A DNA stretch of 64,000 bases from Malacoraja senta (GCA_038087875.1 CM075991.1:5890001-5954000); one strand, 5' to 3'; counted from the stretch's first letter, positions 10,132-22,430 are shown. The notes: generated by a model from the letters alone, not told the origin. Numbers and translations are program-made.

Positions 10132-10529
10132 GGTGCAATAGTAATTTAGAAAAACAAATAAATAAATAAAAGGTATCTGGACCTGGTAATGGGAGGTAAA
10201 ATAAAAACAGACTTGGTTGGTAGTTCCTTCTCTATGAAGTATGGTATAAGAGTTACAATAGAGCGATTGTTCCTTCTTTCTTTCTCTTTTTTTTTCTAGG
10301 GTCTATTTTCTAACTTTACTTCCTTCTCTAACTTCTTTTCTAAGGGGCTTTCTTTTCCCAACACTCTTTTGCACTTCACAACCTTTGCGCACTTTCTTCA
10401 CTTTTCTTACTTCTTTCTTTTTCTTTCTTAAAGTTTAAAAAAGTGAAGCGGTACAAAAAATGTATTAATATATACGTGTTGTACATTACTGTAATCTACC
10501 GTACTTCTAAAAATAAAAAAAAAATAAAA

Positions 10530-10565
<36 letters not shown>

Positions 10566-11494
10566 ATTGGCCGGAGGTTCATTCTGCAGCAACACAATGA
10601 TCCTGAACATGCCGCTGAAGCAAGAAATGAGTTTTACAAAGGAAAAAACGGTCAATTCTTGAGTAGTCAAGTCAATCACCCAATCTGAAACCAACTGAGC
10701 ATGCCTTCACAGATTTCAAACAGTCATTACATGCAAAGGATATGCAACATAATACAAAACATTACTACTTTCATTTACATGACATTGCTGTGTCCCAAAT
10801 ATTACAGTGCCCTGCAATAGGGGGACTATGTATAATCATTGCTGTAATCTCTACATGGTGAAACCAAATTGTATAAAAATGTCCTTTATTAAAATTATGG
10901 AGTACAGAGGCAAATAAATAAATGATGTCCCAAACATTATGGAGGGCACTGTTCCAGACCCGAACTTAAATCTGAATCAATATGAAACCACATCTCCTCA
11001 ATTAAGAGTGCTCATATTGAAGGCTGATGTGCCACGCGCAATCTTCACCACTGTGTCTCCTTGCATTGCAACTTTAAGGGAATTATGTACATATATTAAT
11101 TGTTCTCGCTGCACTTTCTTTTACAACACTCTGTGTGTCCCTATCATTCACAATGCAGGTCTTGCCATTGGTTATCTTGTAAAATAGCGACGCGACTCAT
11201 TTGCAGGAGTTAAATTCCATCTGCCTTTCCTTGGCCTACTTCCCAGGTCTTTCGGTTCATTTTCTAATTTCAGATAATTCGTCTTACGATATGAACCGAT
11301 TGTTTCACACACGTGATCACAATTTTACAACAGTAAATGATCACAACTTTGTTCCTTGCCACATACTGTGTCGAAATTGGATACCTTAAACCACATAAGG
11401 TAAGCAGCAATGCTCTTCAAAATTATCTTTATCGTGTTCCTTAATCCCTCACCATATGTTTTCCTTGACACGCTGCCTCACATTCCGTATCATT

Positions 11495-12200
11495 AGAAAC
11501 ATAGAAACATAGAAACATAGAAAATAGGTGCAGGAGTAGGCCATTCGGCCCTTACCGCCATTCAATATAATCATGGCTGATCATCCAACTCAGTATCCTG
11601 TACCTGCCTTCTCTCCATACCCCCTGATCCCTCTAGCCACAAGGGCCACATCTAACTCCCTCATAAATATAGCCAATGAACTGGCCTCAACTACCTTCTG
11701 TGGCAGAGAATTCCAGAGATTCACCACACTACGCTTTCCAACGACATCTTCCCCATAAAAAGGTGCCCAGAACTAAACACGGTCTAAATGCGGTGTTATC
11801 AATGTCCTGCATAACTGCAACATGACCTCTCAACTTCTATGTACCTGCATTCCCAGATCCCTCTGCTCTATAACACTCTGCTGAGCCCTGAGTAGGTCAT
11901 GGCCATGTAAGACTTTCCAAAATATACCAACTCACATTTCTGTGTATTAATTTCCATCCACCATTCCTAATCGATTATGATCCCGCTGCAATGTTTGACA
12001 TCCATCTTCGCTATCTGCAATCCAACCTACTTTTGTATCTGCAAACTTTCTAATCTTGCCATGTACATTCTCATACTGTAATTTATATACTTGTGAAACA
12101 GTAATGGGCCAAGCATCGAACTCTGAGGCACACCACAGGCCTCCAGTCCGAGAAACAACCTTCCACCATTACCCTCAGCTTCCTTCCATGAAGCCAATAT
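11495..12200 (-). mobile_element. CR1 LINE fragments, including a 3' end with an (AGAAACAT)n tail
   Basis: Tail at 11495-11522 and reverse complement of the CR1 3' end seen at 26980-27211, followed by older CR1 RT pieces. Confidence 0.8.
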
Positions 12201-12477
12201 TCTATTTGAAATTCATTGTTCAGGTTAGAAATAATATTGTTCGCAGGAATAATTACATTTAAGAAACTCTAACCTCGTGTCATAGAAATAGAGTTTGCAA
12301 CATTCCCTTTTATAAAATGTGACAAAATACATTAAAATTAACAGTTCGTGTAATCCCTTGAGGACAGAAATTGCTTGCGCAATGAGAAAAAAACATTTAC
12401 GGTTGATGTTTGTTCAGTGGGCTGTGGCTGATGTGCCAGAGGTCACGCTAATTGTCTCAGAGGAATGTCCTCTTTTG

Positions 12478-12483
12478 TATAAA
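12478..12483 (+). promoter_or_regulatory. Candidate TATA box of GPCR copy 1
   Basis: TATAAA about 80 nt upstream of the ATG, conserved upstream of all three GPCR copies. Confidence 0.45.
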
Positions 12484-12559
12484 TGTATGCTAAATCAATC
12501 ACCAGTACAGATGGACAGTTGGAAAGTTATGTGTGATTGTTCGCTGCTTCACATAGAAA

Positions 12560-14520
12560 ATGGAATATCCAGCAATTTACTACATAGCCGGCACTTTCTA
12601 CCCTGTACTTGTGGCGGTTGGTATTCCTGGTAAGATACTGGGACGAGTAGGTTTAGTTTTGTACAGAAAAACTGCGCGGAAAGAGGCCCTTCGATCAACC
12701 GAGTCCGCGCCAACCAGCAATCCCCGCACACTGACGGCACACGCTAGGGACAATTTACAATTGTACCAAGCCAATCAGCCTACAAACCTGTGCATCTTTG
12801 GAGTGTGGGCGGATACCGGAGATCCAGGAGAAAAACCCAAGAAGATCACGGGGAGAATGTACAAACTCCGTGCAGGATCAAACCCGGGTGGTTGGCGCTG
12901 TCAGGCAGCACATTTAACGCTGCGCACCGTGCCGTACTGCGTGCAGTTCTCCTTCCTTTCTGTATCTGCTGCTCTGAAGAATAGTCGCTTTGATACCCAG
13001 CCCAGATGCTGCCTCAGCTGACGAGTGTCTTCGGAAGGTTCAGGCTTCAGCGTCTGTTTTATTTCTGGCATTTTGTTCTTATTAATGTGTGGTTCTTTTG
13101 TCAATCGGGTCAGTTAATTTAGAGCTAGTGTTTACATTTTTTCAGCATGTAACCGTATTCAAATTGTTTCTGGCGCATATTCTTCAAGCTCCGGGTCTCA
13201 TTAATACAGACTTTTCCACCAAGATTCAGCGAATGAGAAATGTATACATGTCTGTCAACATGCCTGTTGAATTATCACAACTAGCTGAAACACCTTCCGG
13301 GTTTTCGTTCTCTGATTCATTTGCCAGTTTTGATTTTATGACTGCGTTTCGACTTGCTACGTCTGATATGTCGGAGGAAGCAGTTCTCCCTGATTCTAAT
13401 GCTCTCTGATACAAGCTCATTTCGATTGACGCAACGACTCGAAATGACTGAGGTAATCAGTGCGTCGTAGACTTTAGGAGGCCGACTGTAAATTGCTGCA
13501 AATTACCGACACATCTGCCTCTTCGATCAGCACCGCTCTAAGTATTTCTCCGAACGGAAATTTAGTAAACTGGATCAGGTTTTTGCTCATTGAAACTAAC
13601 GTTCTATTTTGTTTCTTGCAGTTAATTTAACGGCGATTGTGATCCTCTCCCGGGGAAAATGTGGTCTCTCCAAATGCATCACCCGTTACCTAGTGGGAAT
13701 GGCAACAGCGGATCTAATGATAGTTGTCATTGTTGCTGCAATTGAAAAAGTTAATAACATACACGTTTACGCTCGTTCCTTGTTCATTACACCGGTTTGC
13801 GCTCTGACACTAATACTAAGTGTAATAACAATCGACTGTTCCGTTTGGTTCACCGTCAGTTTCACTTGCGATCGTTTTATGGCGATCTGTTGTCAAAAGC
13901 TACGTAAGCGCTACAGCACCGAGAGAGCAGCGTGTGTGATTATGGTGACTGTGGCTGTCGTCAGCTGCGCCCGATCGTTTCCCTTTTACTTTGCCGTGGA
14001 GCCTGCTGTCATAATTGACAATGTGCCTTGGCGTTGCGTCTTCTCAGAGGAGTACGCCACTTTGTCGGAATGGAAAGGTTATGAGTTACTTGACAGCATC
14101 TTAGCACCGTTGTTACCTATCGGTTTAATCCTGTTGTTCAATGGGTTAACTTGCAGACATATCATAGCGGCCAATAGAGTTCGCAGACGACTTCGGAACA
14201 GCCATGAGAACCAGAAAGATACAGAGGTGGAGAACCGGAGAAAATCGATGATTTTGCTCTTCGCTGTATCAGGCAATTTCATATTATTTTGGATACCCTA
14301 TGTGGTTCATTCTCTGACATGGCAAGCACGTAATTTCTTTTACATCGATAGATATTTGAGCAACCCGGTATTTATCCTGCAGCAGTTTGGATATATGTTT
14401 CAGGTTCTCAGTGTGTGCACAAACACGTGTATCTATACACTGACACAGAGGAAATTCAGGGAGGAGCTGAAGAGTGGAGTGAAATATCTACTCACATTGA
14501 ATGGCCGATTATGTAGTTGA
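12560..14520 (+). CDS. GPR139-like: GPR139-like orphan class A GPCR, copy 1; exon 1 12560-12629, exon 2 13622-14520; about 322 aa
   Basis: Phase-1 intron CCTG|GTAAG..TTGCAG|TTAAT joins MEYPAIYYIAGTFYPVLVAVGIP to VNLTAIVILSR (TM1 GxxxN). ADL in TM2, TCDRFMAIC (DRY-like), TM5 LP, TM6 FWIP, TM7 NTCIY..KFREEL. Short N-terminus and intron within TM1 as in the GPR139/GPR142 family; AATAAA at 14556-14561. Paralogue-level call only. Confidence 0.88.
12648..12934 (-). mobile_element. tRNA-derived V-SINE (HE1-like) in the GPCR intron
   Basis: Minus strand reads CGGCACGGTGCGCAG..CCCGGGTTTGATCC (A/B boxes), V-domain GGAGTTTGTACATTCTCCCCGTG..TCCAAAGATG and a CR1-like tail; present in all three introns. 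Confidence 0.75.
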
Positions 14521-15339
14521 CGTGTAACTCTGATAGCAACTTGGATGAAATTTCAAATAAATGTCTTTAACAATTCGTACGTTCGGTAAAATGCCACAAA
14601 GTCAGTGCAGGTATGCGCTTGACAACCGAGAACCCGGTATACTCACTTAAATTGGTCACGTTTGGAAAGTGTAGACACATGCTACCTGTTGCAGTTCTGA
14701 TGTTGCATTGGTGGAATTATATTCCAAACTACTGGATCTTTGATCGCTGCAACATACTTTGTAATATCTGGAGAATATAATATAACTCAGAACTGCAAGT
14801 CTGGTGTCAGATGAATTGAACCGAAATATTTCGGTTTTCCATAGAAATACATAATTCCTGTGGACTAATGGTTCACCGGCGAAACATTTCGCCGCTCATA
14901 ACACAACTAAAATGTAGCAGCTAGTGAAAGAACACTGTAAAGCGGAGATTGTAGTTTTTACTAGTTTTAGTATAAACTAGACTAATTGTGACGCGTTGGG
15001 TCCCATGTTCACACGGGAGGGCTGGTCCCCCAACGCAATATTCCACCTCTCCACCAATTCCAATATTAATTAATGTCTCTGTAACCTTTCATCTTTATCT
15101 TTCCCCAAAGCTAACTTGAAACGTAAGTTTCTTGCTGTTTAGAAATCTCCCTCCTATATATCTAAAATGTATTTACCATAAATGTCCAGATTGAGTCCGC
15201 TCGTAAATTAAGTCGTATGTTGAACTTTGGGAGACTTGCCTGCTAAACACAGTGACCAAGAGCAACTCTAATGCAAAATTGCTTAGAGGAAGGAAGGAAA
15301 GCTTGACAATGGACAACAGAGTAAGGTCAGGGCCAATTG

Positions 15340-17990
15340 CGAGCGGTGCGAGGGGGGATGTGAATACGGAGGTCAAAGTACTGTATATGAATGCGCGAAG
15401 TATATGGAATGAAGTGGAAGAGATTGAGGCTCAGTTAGAAACTGGCAAGTATGTTTTTGTGGGAATTACTGAGACATGGCTGCAAGAGAGCCAGGGCTGG
15501 GAACTGAATATTCAATGGTACACCTCCTGTCGAAAAGACCGACAGGTGGGCAGAGGGGGTAGGGTTGACCTGTTGGTGAGGAATTAAATTCAGTCCCTTG
15601 CAAGGGGTGACATTGAAACAGGAGATGTGGAGTCAGTATGGATAGAACTAAGGAATTGTAAGGGTAAAAAGACCCCAATGGGACTAATCTACAGGCCCCC
15701 AAACAGTAGCTTGGACATAGGGTGTAAGTTGAATCGGGTCTTAAAATTGGCATGCAGCAAAAATAATGCTGTGGCTTTTATGGGAGATTTCAACATGCAG
15801 GTAGACTGGGAAAATCAGGTTGGTACTGGCCCCCTAGAATGGGACATTGTAGAGTGCCTTCGTGATTGATTCTTCAGGCTTGTATTGGAGCCTACCAAGG
15901 AGACGGCAATTCTGGATTTAGTGTTATGTAATGAACCGGATTTGATAAAGGACCTCGAGGTTAATGAGCCATTTGGAGGCAGTGACCATAACATGGTCGG
16001 GTTTAATCTACAATTGGAGAAGGCGAACAGTACATCGGAGGTGTCAGTGTTGCAGTTGGATAAAGGGGACTATGGGACCATGAGGGAGGAGCTGGCCAAA
16101 GTTGACTGGAAAGATACACTAGCAGAGATGACAGTGGAACAAAAATTGCAGGTGTTTCTAGGAATAATACAGAAGGTGCGGGATCAGTTCATTCCAAGGA
16201 GGAAGAATGATTCCAAGGGGAGAAAGGGACGACCATGGCTGATAACGGACGTCAGGGACAGTATAAAAATTAAAGAGAAGAAGTACAAGGTAGCAAAGAT
16301 GAGCGGGAAGCAAGAGGATTGGGTAATGTTTAAAGAACAACAGAAGATAACCAAAAAGGCAATACGGGGAGAAAAGATGAGGTACGAAGGGAAGCTAGCC
16401 AAGAATATAAAGCAGGATAGTAAAAGCTTCTTTAGGTATGTGAAGAGGAAAAAATTAGTTAAGACCAAAGTTGGACCCTTGAATACCGAAAAGGGTGAAT
16501 TTATTATGGGGAACAAAGAAATGGCAGATGAGTTGAACAAGTACTTGGGATCTGTCTTCACTAAGGAGGACACAAACAATCTTCCTGATTTAATAGTCGC
16601 CAGAGGATCTGGGGTGACAGTGGAACTGAAGGAAATCCACATTAGGCAGAAAATGGTGTTGGATAGGCTGATGGGACTGAAGGCTGATAAATCCCCAGGG
16701 CCTGATAGTCAGCATCCCAGGGTACTTAAGGAAGTGGCTCTAGAAATCGTGGATGCATTGGTGATAATTGTCCAATGTTCTATAGACTCGGGATCAGTTC
16801 CTGTGGATTGGACGGTAGCTAATGTTATCCCACTTTTTAAGAAAGGCGGGAGAAAACGGGTAATTATAGACCACTTAGCCTGACATCGGTGGTGAGGAAG
16901 ATGCTGGAGTCAATTATAAAAAATGAGATAGCCGCACATTTGGATAGCAGTAACAGGATCGGTCCGAGTCAGCATGGATTTGCGAATGGGAAATCATGCT
17001 TTACTATTCTTCTGGAATTTTTTGAAGATGTAACGAGGAAAATGGACAATGGAGAGCCAGTGGATGTAGTGTACCTGGACTTTCCGAAAGCATTTGATTA
17101 GGTCCCACATAGGAGATTCAATTATGGCACATGGTATTGTGGGTAGAGTGTTGACATGGGTAGGGAAGTGATTAGCAGACAGGAAACAAAGAGTAGGGAT
17201 TAACTGGTCCCTTTCAGAATGGCAGGCAGTGACAAGTGGGGTACCGCAAGGCTCTGTACTGGGACCGAGGCTATTTACAATATACATCAATGATTTGGAT
17301 GAAGGAATTCAAAGTAACATTAGCAAATTTGCAGATGACACAAAGCTGGGTGGCAGTGTGAAGGGTGGGGAGGATTCTATGAGAATGCAGGGTGACTTGG
17401 GCAGGTTGGGAGAGTGGGCAGATGCATGGCAGATGAAGTTTAATGCGGATAAATGTGAGGTTATCCACTTTGATAGTAAAAACAGGAAGACAGATTACTA
17501 TCTAAATGGTGTCAAGTTGGGAAAAGGGGAAGTACAACGGGATCTGAGGGTCCTTTTATATCAGTCTATGAAAGTAAGCATGCAGTTACAGCAGGCAGTG
17601 AAGAAAGCAAATGGCATGTTGGCCTTTATAACAGGAGGAATCGAATATAGGAGCAAAGAGGTCCGTCTGCAGTTGTACTGAGCCCTAGTGAGACCACATC
17701 TGGAGTATTGTGTGCAGTTTTGGTCCCCAATTTGAGGAAGTACATTCTTGCTATTGAGGGTGTGCAGCGTAGGATTACAAGATAAATTCCCGGGATGGCG
17801 GGACTGTCATATGCTGAGAGAATGGAGCAGCTGGGCTTCTGCACTCTGGAGGATGTGCACACTGAGAAGGATGAGAGGGATTCTCATTGAAACATATAAG
17901 ATTGTTAAGGGCTTGGACAAACTAGAGGCAGAAACATGTTCCCGATGTTGGGGAAGTCCAGAACCAGGGGCCACAGTTTAAGAATAAGAA
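15340..17990 (+). mobile_element. CR1 LINE ORF2 (degenerate, 3' end missing)
   Basis: [40 protein letters not shown] with stops and frameshifts. Confidence 0.92.
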
Positions 17991-18007
17991 TGTTTAAGAA
18001 TTATTTT

Positions 18008-19333
18008 CCTCTGCATTGGTCCACGCTTGCTTCTGACATATTCGAGTAGCGTGGCAAACAGTATCTGGTTTTTGTTGACTCGTATTCGGGCTGGTTCGAA
18101 ATCGACCTGCTCCAAAGCCCAACATCCGCTGCAGTAATCCAAAAGCTGGCGCGCCATTTCGCCATACACGGTGCCCCCGCACGCCACTTGTCAGATAACG
18201 GCAGTCAGTCAACTAGCCAGTGTTTTAGAAATTTTGCTCAACGACGGGATTTTCGCCATGTCACCAGCAGTCCAGAATTCCCACAATCAAGCGTACTTGC
18301 AGAACGGGCTGTCCGGAGCGCCAAGCAATTGATGGAGCGCTCACACTTTGCTAAATCCGATGTTTCACCTGCGAAACCTGCGAAACATCGCCTGTGACCC
18401 AATACTCGGGTCTCCTGCCCAACGCCTGATGTCCCGACATCCCGTGCTATACTTCCTGTGCCCCAACATCTACTGCAGCCACAGGTTCGTTCACCAATTG
18501 CCATCAGAAACAACTCGAACTGAAACGCGATACCCAAACACGATTTTTTGACCACTTAAACCTCTATCCAGTGGCCAAGTCACTCGCCTTCAAACCAACA
18601 AGGATTGGGCCGTTTGGGCTTCATCCACAATTCCGAAAAAGAGTCGCGCTCATGCCTGGTGAGTGCAGAGGGGGGATCTACAGGTGCAACCGTCAACATC
18701 TCCTTCCTGTCAAGGAACCACGTCCTGCTGTCTCGTATCCGGATGCGACACGTTCGATCTACACATCTACTGACCGACTTTCTCCTCTCTCACGACGTGC
18801 AGCTGCAGACCAACCATTGATTGTGACTCCAGCTCCCTCACCACCACGCTCGGTGCTCCGCCTGCCTGCCTCGCCGTGTTTGTCCCCCGGGTCCCCAGTG
18901 CTCCCGCCGCACGGTGAAGGGAGGAGATGCGGATCTGTACCGATGCGCGCGGGATGGGTTTGTAGGCCGCCCCTTAGATATGGGGACTTTGTTTGTATCA
19001 ATAGTACGTATGCGCTATTACCGTTTCGGTTACATTATTAATCAGTCAGCACCTAGTAACGTGCTTCTACATATATATCACTTTTTTGTAGATGTGTTTC
19101 ACTTTATATTCTTACAAGAAAGATGTAGTTTTGTTACTTTACCTACTAACTAATGTAGTGCTTTATTATTTAAAGCCACACCTACTACCACGCCATTAAT
19201 ATTATGGCAACCCGACATGCGCTGTCAGTCAGTACTTCTGCATGATAGGAGTAACATGCTGAAGTGTTTTGTATACGTTTTGTTAATAAATATTGTTAAA
19301 CCAGATCTGTGAGTATGTGTGATTTACTCAACA
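18008..19333 (+). mobile_element. Gypsy integrase 3' remnant with 3' LTR (19124-19333)
   Basis: VDSYSGWFEI, SDNGSQ, SSPEFPQS..AERAVR integrase core; purine tract AAGAAAGA followed by a TGT...ACA LTR with internal AATAAA. Confidence 0.85.
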
Positions 19334-19971
19334 AGCTTTTTGCCTGTTCCGCATCTCCTCCCGCTTACCTCAATGTTTTTCCGACTTGTACCCGGAGCCG
19401 CGCTCCCATCGTTGTTGCCGCGGATCGCTCTCATGATCTCTGCCGGCCATGCTGGATCGGTGAATAAAGTGTCTACAAACAAATGGGTTATGCTAAAGTA
19501 TAAGTTTAAAAGTGTTTTACGGTCGACGAGTGTTAGTGCTGATGTGCTAGTCTGAAAGATATTAAAAATATAACTGATAGTTTAAAAAACTCACAATCTC
19601 CACGGAGCTGCCATGACTGCAACTGGAGCAGGCCGCGCCATCTTGAGAGGGCGTTCCTTCAGGAGCTGACTGTGACTGGACCCGTCGCGCCATCTCTTAT
19701 ACTTCTTTTACTTCGCGCATTCATATATAATACTTTTAATCCATTACTCGCCTCACCTTTCACATCGATTCTTATTTCACTTGGTCATACCTATCCCTTC
19801 GTGAGCTTTCTGCCCCGTTAATTCTGGTGTCTTTCTAAACTTTTCCTATCCTTTCTATCCCTTTAACTCGATCCTTATATTTCCAATATGGCTGCCCCCC
19901 CCCCACACACACACACACACCTCCCCCCACTATTTAGTTTACACCCACGTGTAGCAGTGGCAAACCGTCCT

Positions 19972-20121
19972 GGGATACTGAGTTGGATGAGGGATACTGA
20001 GTTGGATGAGGGATACTGAGTTGGATGAGGGATACTGAGTTGGATGAGGGATACTGAGTTGGATGAGGGATACTGTTGGATGAGGGATACTGAGTTGGAT
20101 GAGGGATACTGAGTTGGATGA
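19972..20121 (+). repeat. Tandem 19-bp repeat (GGGATACTGAGTTGGATGA) x8 at the 5' end of a truncated CR1 3' end (to 20210)
   Basis: Eight units, the sixth 17 bp. The unit matches the CR1 ORF2 stop region at 27108-27125 and continues into the CR1 3'UTR and (TATCTATG) tail; GTCCTG is duplicated at 19967 and 20211. Confidence 0.9.
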
Positions 20122-20210
20122 TCAGCCATGATCATATTGAATGGCGGTGCAGGCTCGAAGGGCCGAATGGCCTACTCCTGCACCTATTTTCTATGTATCT
20201 ATGTATCTAT

Positions 20211-21490
20211 GTCCTGCCAGTATGCTGGTCCACCGCCTGTTAAGGTACAACAAGTGCGTTCTGTACAACTCACCCTTACCTCAAAACAGATACCTGTGGT
20301 CTAAGATTCTACATCCCTGCCTCCTGCATCAGCTCCTCAGCCACACATTCAGATCCCCTATCTCCCTGTTCCCGCCCTCACGAGCACAGGGAACTGGAAG
20401 CAAACCAGACATAACCACCCTGGAGGTCCTGTTTTCAGCCTTCTTCCGCGCTTTCTGAAGTCACGCTGCAGAATCTCTTTCCTCATTTCCCGCCGTCATT
20501 TGTGCCGACATGCACTACCACTTCCGGCTGCTCACTTTCCGCCATGAGGATGCTCTGTAATCGGTCCATGGCGACCTGGATCTTGGCACCAAGGAGGCAA
20601 CACACCTTCCTTGAATCCCGCCTGTTATCGCAGAAACCCCTGTCTGTACCTTTCGCGATCGTTCCCGATTACTACGGCTCTGCCTGACGTCTGTCACTTC
20701 GGCTTTGCTTCAGCGCTACGATTTGACTCGCAGGCCTATCCCCCACTCAGAATGGCTGTCTCTTCTGTCCCGACAGCTTCCAAGAGGGTGAACCTGTTTT
20801 TCAAGAGGTACATCCCCCGGGGTCTCCTATACTCTCCACCTTCCTTCCCTTCGTCATCGTCACCCACCTTCTCTCTTCAGGTACCTTCGGTGTAACGATC
20901 TCGCTGTATGTCCTGTCCAGCAAACCCTAGAGCAAGCCTTGCTTATATTGGCTGATAAATTGACCGATTAGCTAACTTACCATTTTTTGGTAATTACATT
21001 CCTCAGCCAATACCCTCACTCACTCTTTCACCTGCCGCTCCTCTGCCGACCTTGACTAACCTGCGCTTGGTCCCTATCCCTCCAAACCTGTATTAACCTT
21101 GCACCTGTCTAACTGTTTCTTAAAGTATGGGATAGTCCCAGCCTCAACCACCTCTTCTGGCAGCTTGTACCACACACTCACTATCCTTTATGTGAAAAGG
21201 TTACCCCTCGGATTCCGATTCAATCATTTCCTTAAACCTAAGTCTTCTGGCAATCGATAGATCTATTCTGGGCCAGAGACTCTGTGCACCTACCCGATCT
21301 ATTTCTCTCATGATTTTGTACACCTCTATAAGACCACCCGTCATCCTCCTGCTCTGCATGGAATAGACTACTCAACCTCTCCCTAAAGCTCACACCCTCC
21401 ATTCCTAGTAACATCCTCATAAATCTTTTCTGAATATGACAATATCTTTCCTATAACATAGTGCCCAGAAATGGACACAATATTCTAGCT
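20211..21490 (-). mobile_element. CR1 ORF1/5' region and adjacent CR1 RT fragment (degenerate)
   Basis: Reverse complement of 47230-48360; contains the GDVPLE-RFTLLEAV CR1 ORF1 motif and a CR1 RT C-terminal piece. Confidence 0.7.
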
Positions 21491-22430
21491 GCTCAGGTAT
21501 AGGGTGGCATTCAAATGTTCGCTACCCACCAAGTCCCCAATTTGATATCGAATCAACAACTGGAAAAAATGAGTCAAGATATGCAATATGACTGTCACGT
21601 AAGATCGTTGTCTATAGCGAGCAAAATGGATCGGATATACCAAGATGCTCAGGGAACATATATTTTTGGGGTCGTTCTCCATGTCCCACGCCAGCTGAAG
21701 AATAAGACGTTTATCCTATACCAGTTGCATATTATTGGGCAGTATAAACAAGGAGCTTCGATAACAATGCACTATGCTCTTGAAAATAATGTGATAATTG
21801 ATAAAGTATCAAGGGGCATCATAATGTACCGATGTCATCAAACAAGGAATAATGAGTAGGATGGAGTTTGGTTCATCATTTACTCATTATAATAACGGTA
21901 AGCTTTCGATTGATGTAAAACCCAATGCTTCTTTTGCCAGTGTTGCCCATCAATGGGAAAATATGAGGTCGCTGCCTCTGCTAAGTGGCATTGAACGAGT
22001 GGTCGGAAATGTACTCTACGTTGGCATAATATTGTAAACCGGAGTCTTACGAGACAGATCACTATACGAGACAAGAAATTAATGGTACCGTGGGTGGGAA
22101 AATCGATAACAGTAAGCTTCATTGTCGTACGGAATGACTCGGACGAGACATTAAGAAGATTTATCGCAAACATATTTCAACCAATACCACACCTCCATGC
22201 TGATTGGAAGTTACTGACTAAGGAGGGTGAAATGGTTATACATGACTGGGATGAGAGCACTAAGCCTATTCGGATGCATGGCAGAGAAGCAGAGGACATA
22301 TTGGAGAAAATGGACTTGGTGGGAAAGAGCCTGGAACTGGGGACTGAATACTAACGTGCATCCTTTGATTAGTTGTTGTACATAATCATTCATAGCGATT
22401 ACTTTGTTCTTATTTTTGGTTTCACAGGAT
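21490..22430 (+). mobile_element. Possible endogenous retrovirus env (fusion protein) remnant
   Basis: Broken frames FGVVLHVP..FILYQLHIIGQY, then a helical segment and a hydrophobic C-terminal stretch, reminiscent of fish spuma-like ERV Env; pattern recognition only. Confidence 0.4.

Larger units (their letters stand above)
3935..10558 (+). mobile_element. Full-length, apparently intact LINE-1 (L1-A)
   Basis: 5'UTR, ORF1, 1.2-kb spacer, ORF2, pyrimidine-rich 3'UTR, AATAAA and poly(A). TSD AAAACTCATTGGCCG at 3920-3934 and 10559-10573; empty site present at 54073-54087. Confidence 0.97.
3466..10951 (+). mobile_element. Tc1/mariner DNA transposon remnant (3466-3771, 3916-3934, 10574-10951), interrupted by a Penelope-derived element and a full-length L1
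   Basis: GGVMTWACM..NSEWYRHI..NASK/LIGRRFILQQHNDPEH..SQSPNLKPTEH transposase motifs rejoin across the inserts; Tc1-like terminal inverted repeat ...CCCAAACATTATGGAGGGCACTG ends at 10951. Confidence 0.8.

Noticed and set aside
12560..13021. 153-aa ORF as a standalone gene (also 29660-30043 and 56074-56535)
   Set aside because: It is GPCR exon 1 reading through the GTAAG donor into an intronic SINE.
13089..13420. Intronic ORFs open in all three GPCR copies
   Set aside because: The copies are too similar for openness to be informative; non-ATG starts and no recognisable domain.
13609..13621. TTG start for a single-exon 303-aa GPCR
   Set aside because: It lies in the polypyrimidine tract/acceptor; TM1 is complete only after splicing to exon 1.
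14976..15070. Possible Helitron-like end (ACTAGACT..CGTTGGGTCC)
   Set aside because: Resemblance only; too short to support without a database search.
19972..20121. CRISPR-like short repeat array
   Set aside because: Head-to-tail units with no spacers, no cas genes, eukaryotic context; the unit derives from the CR1 3' end.
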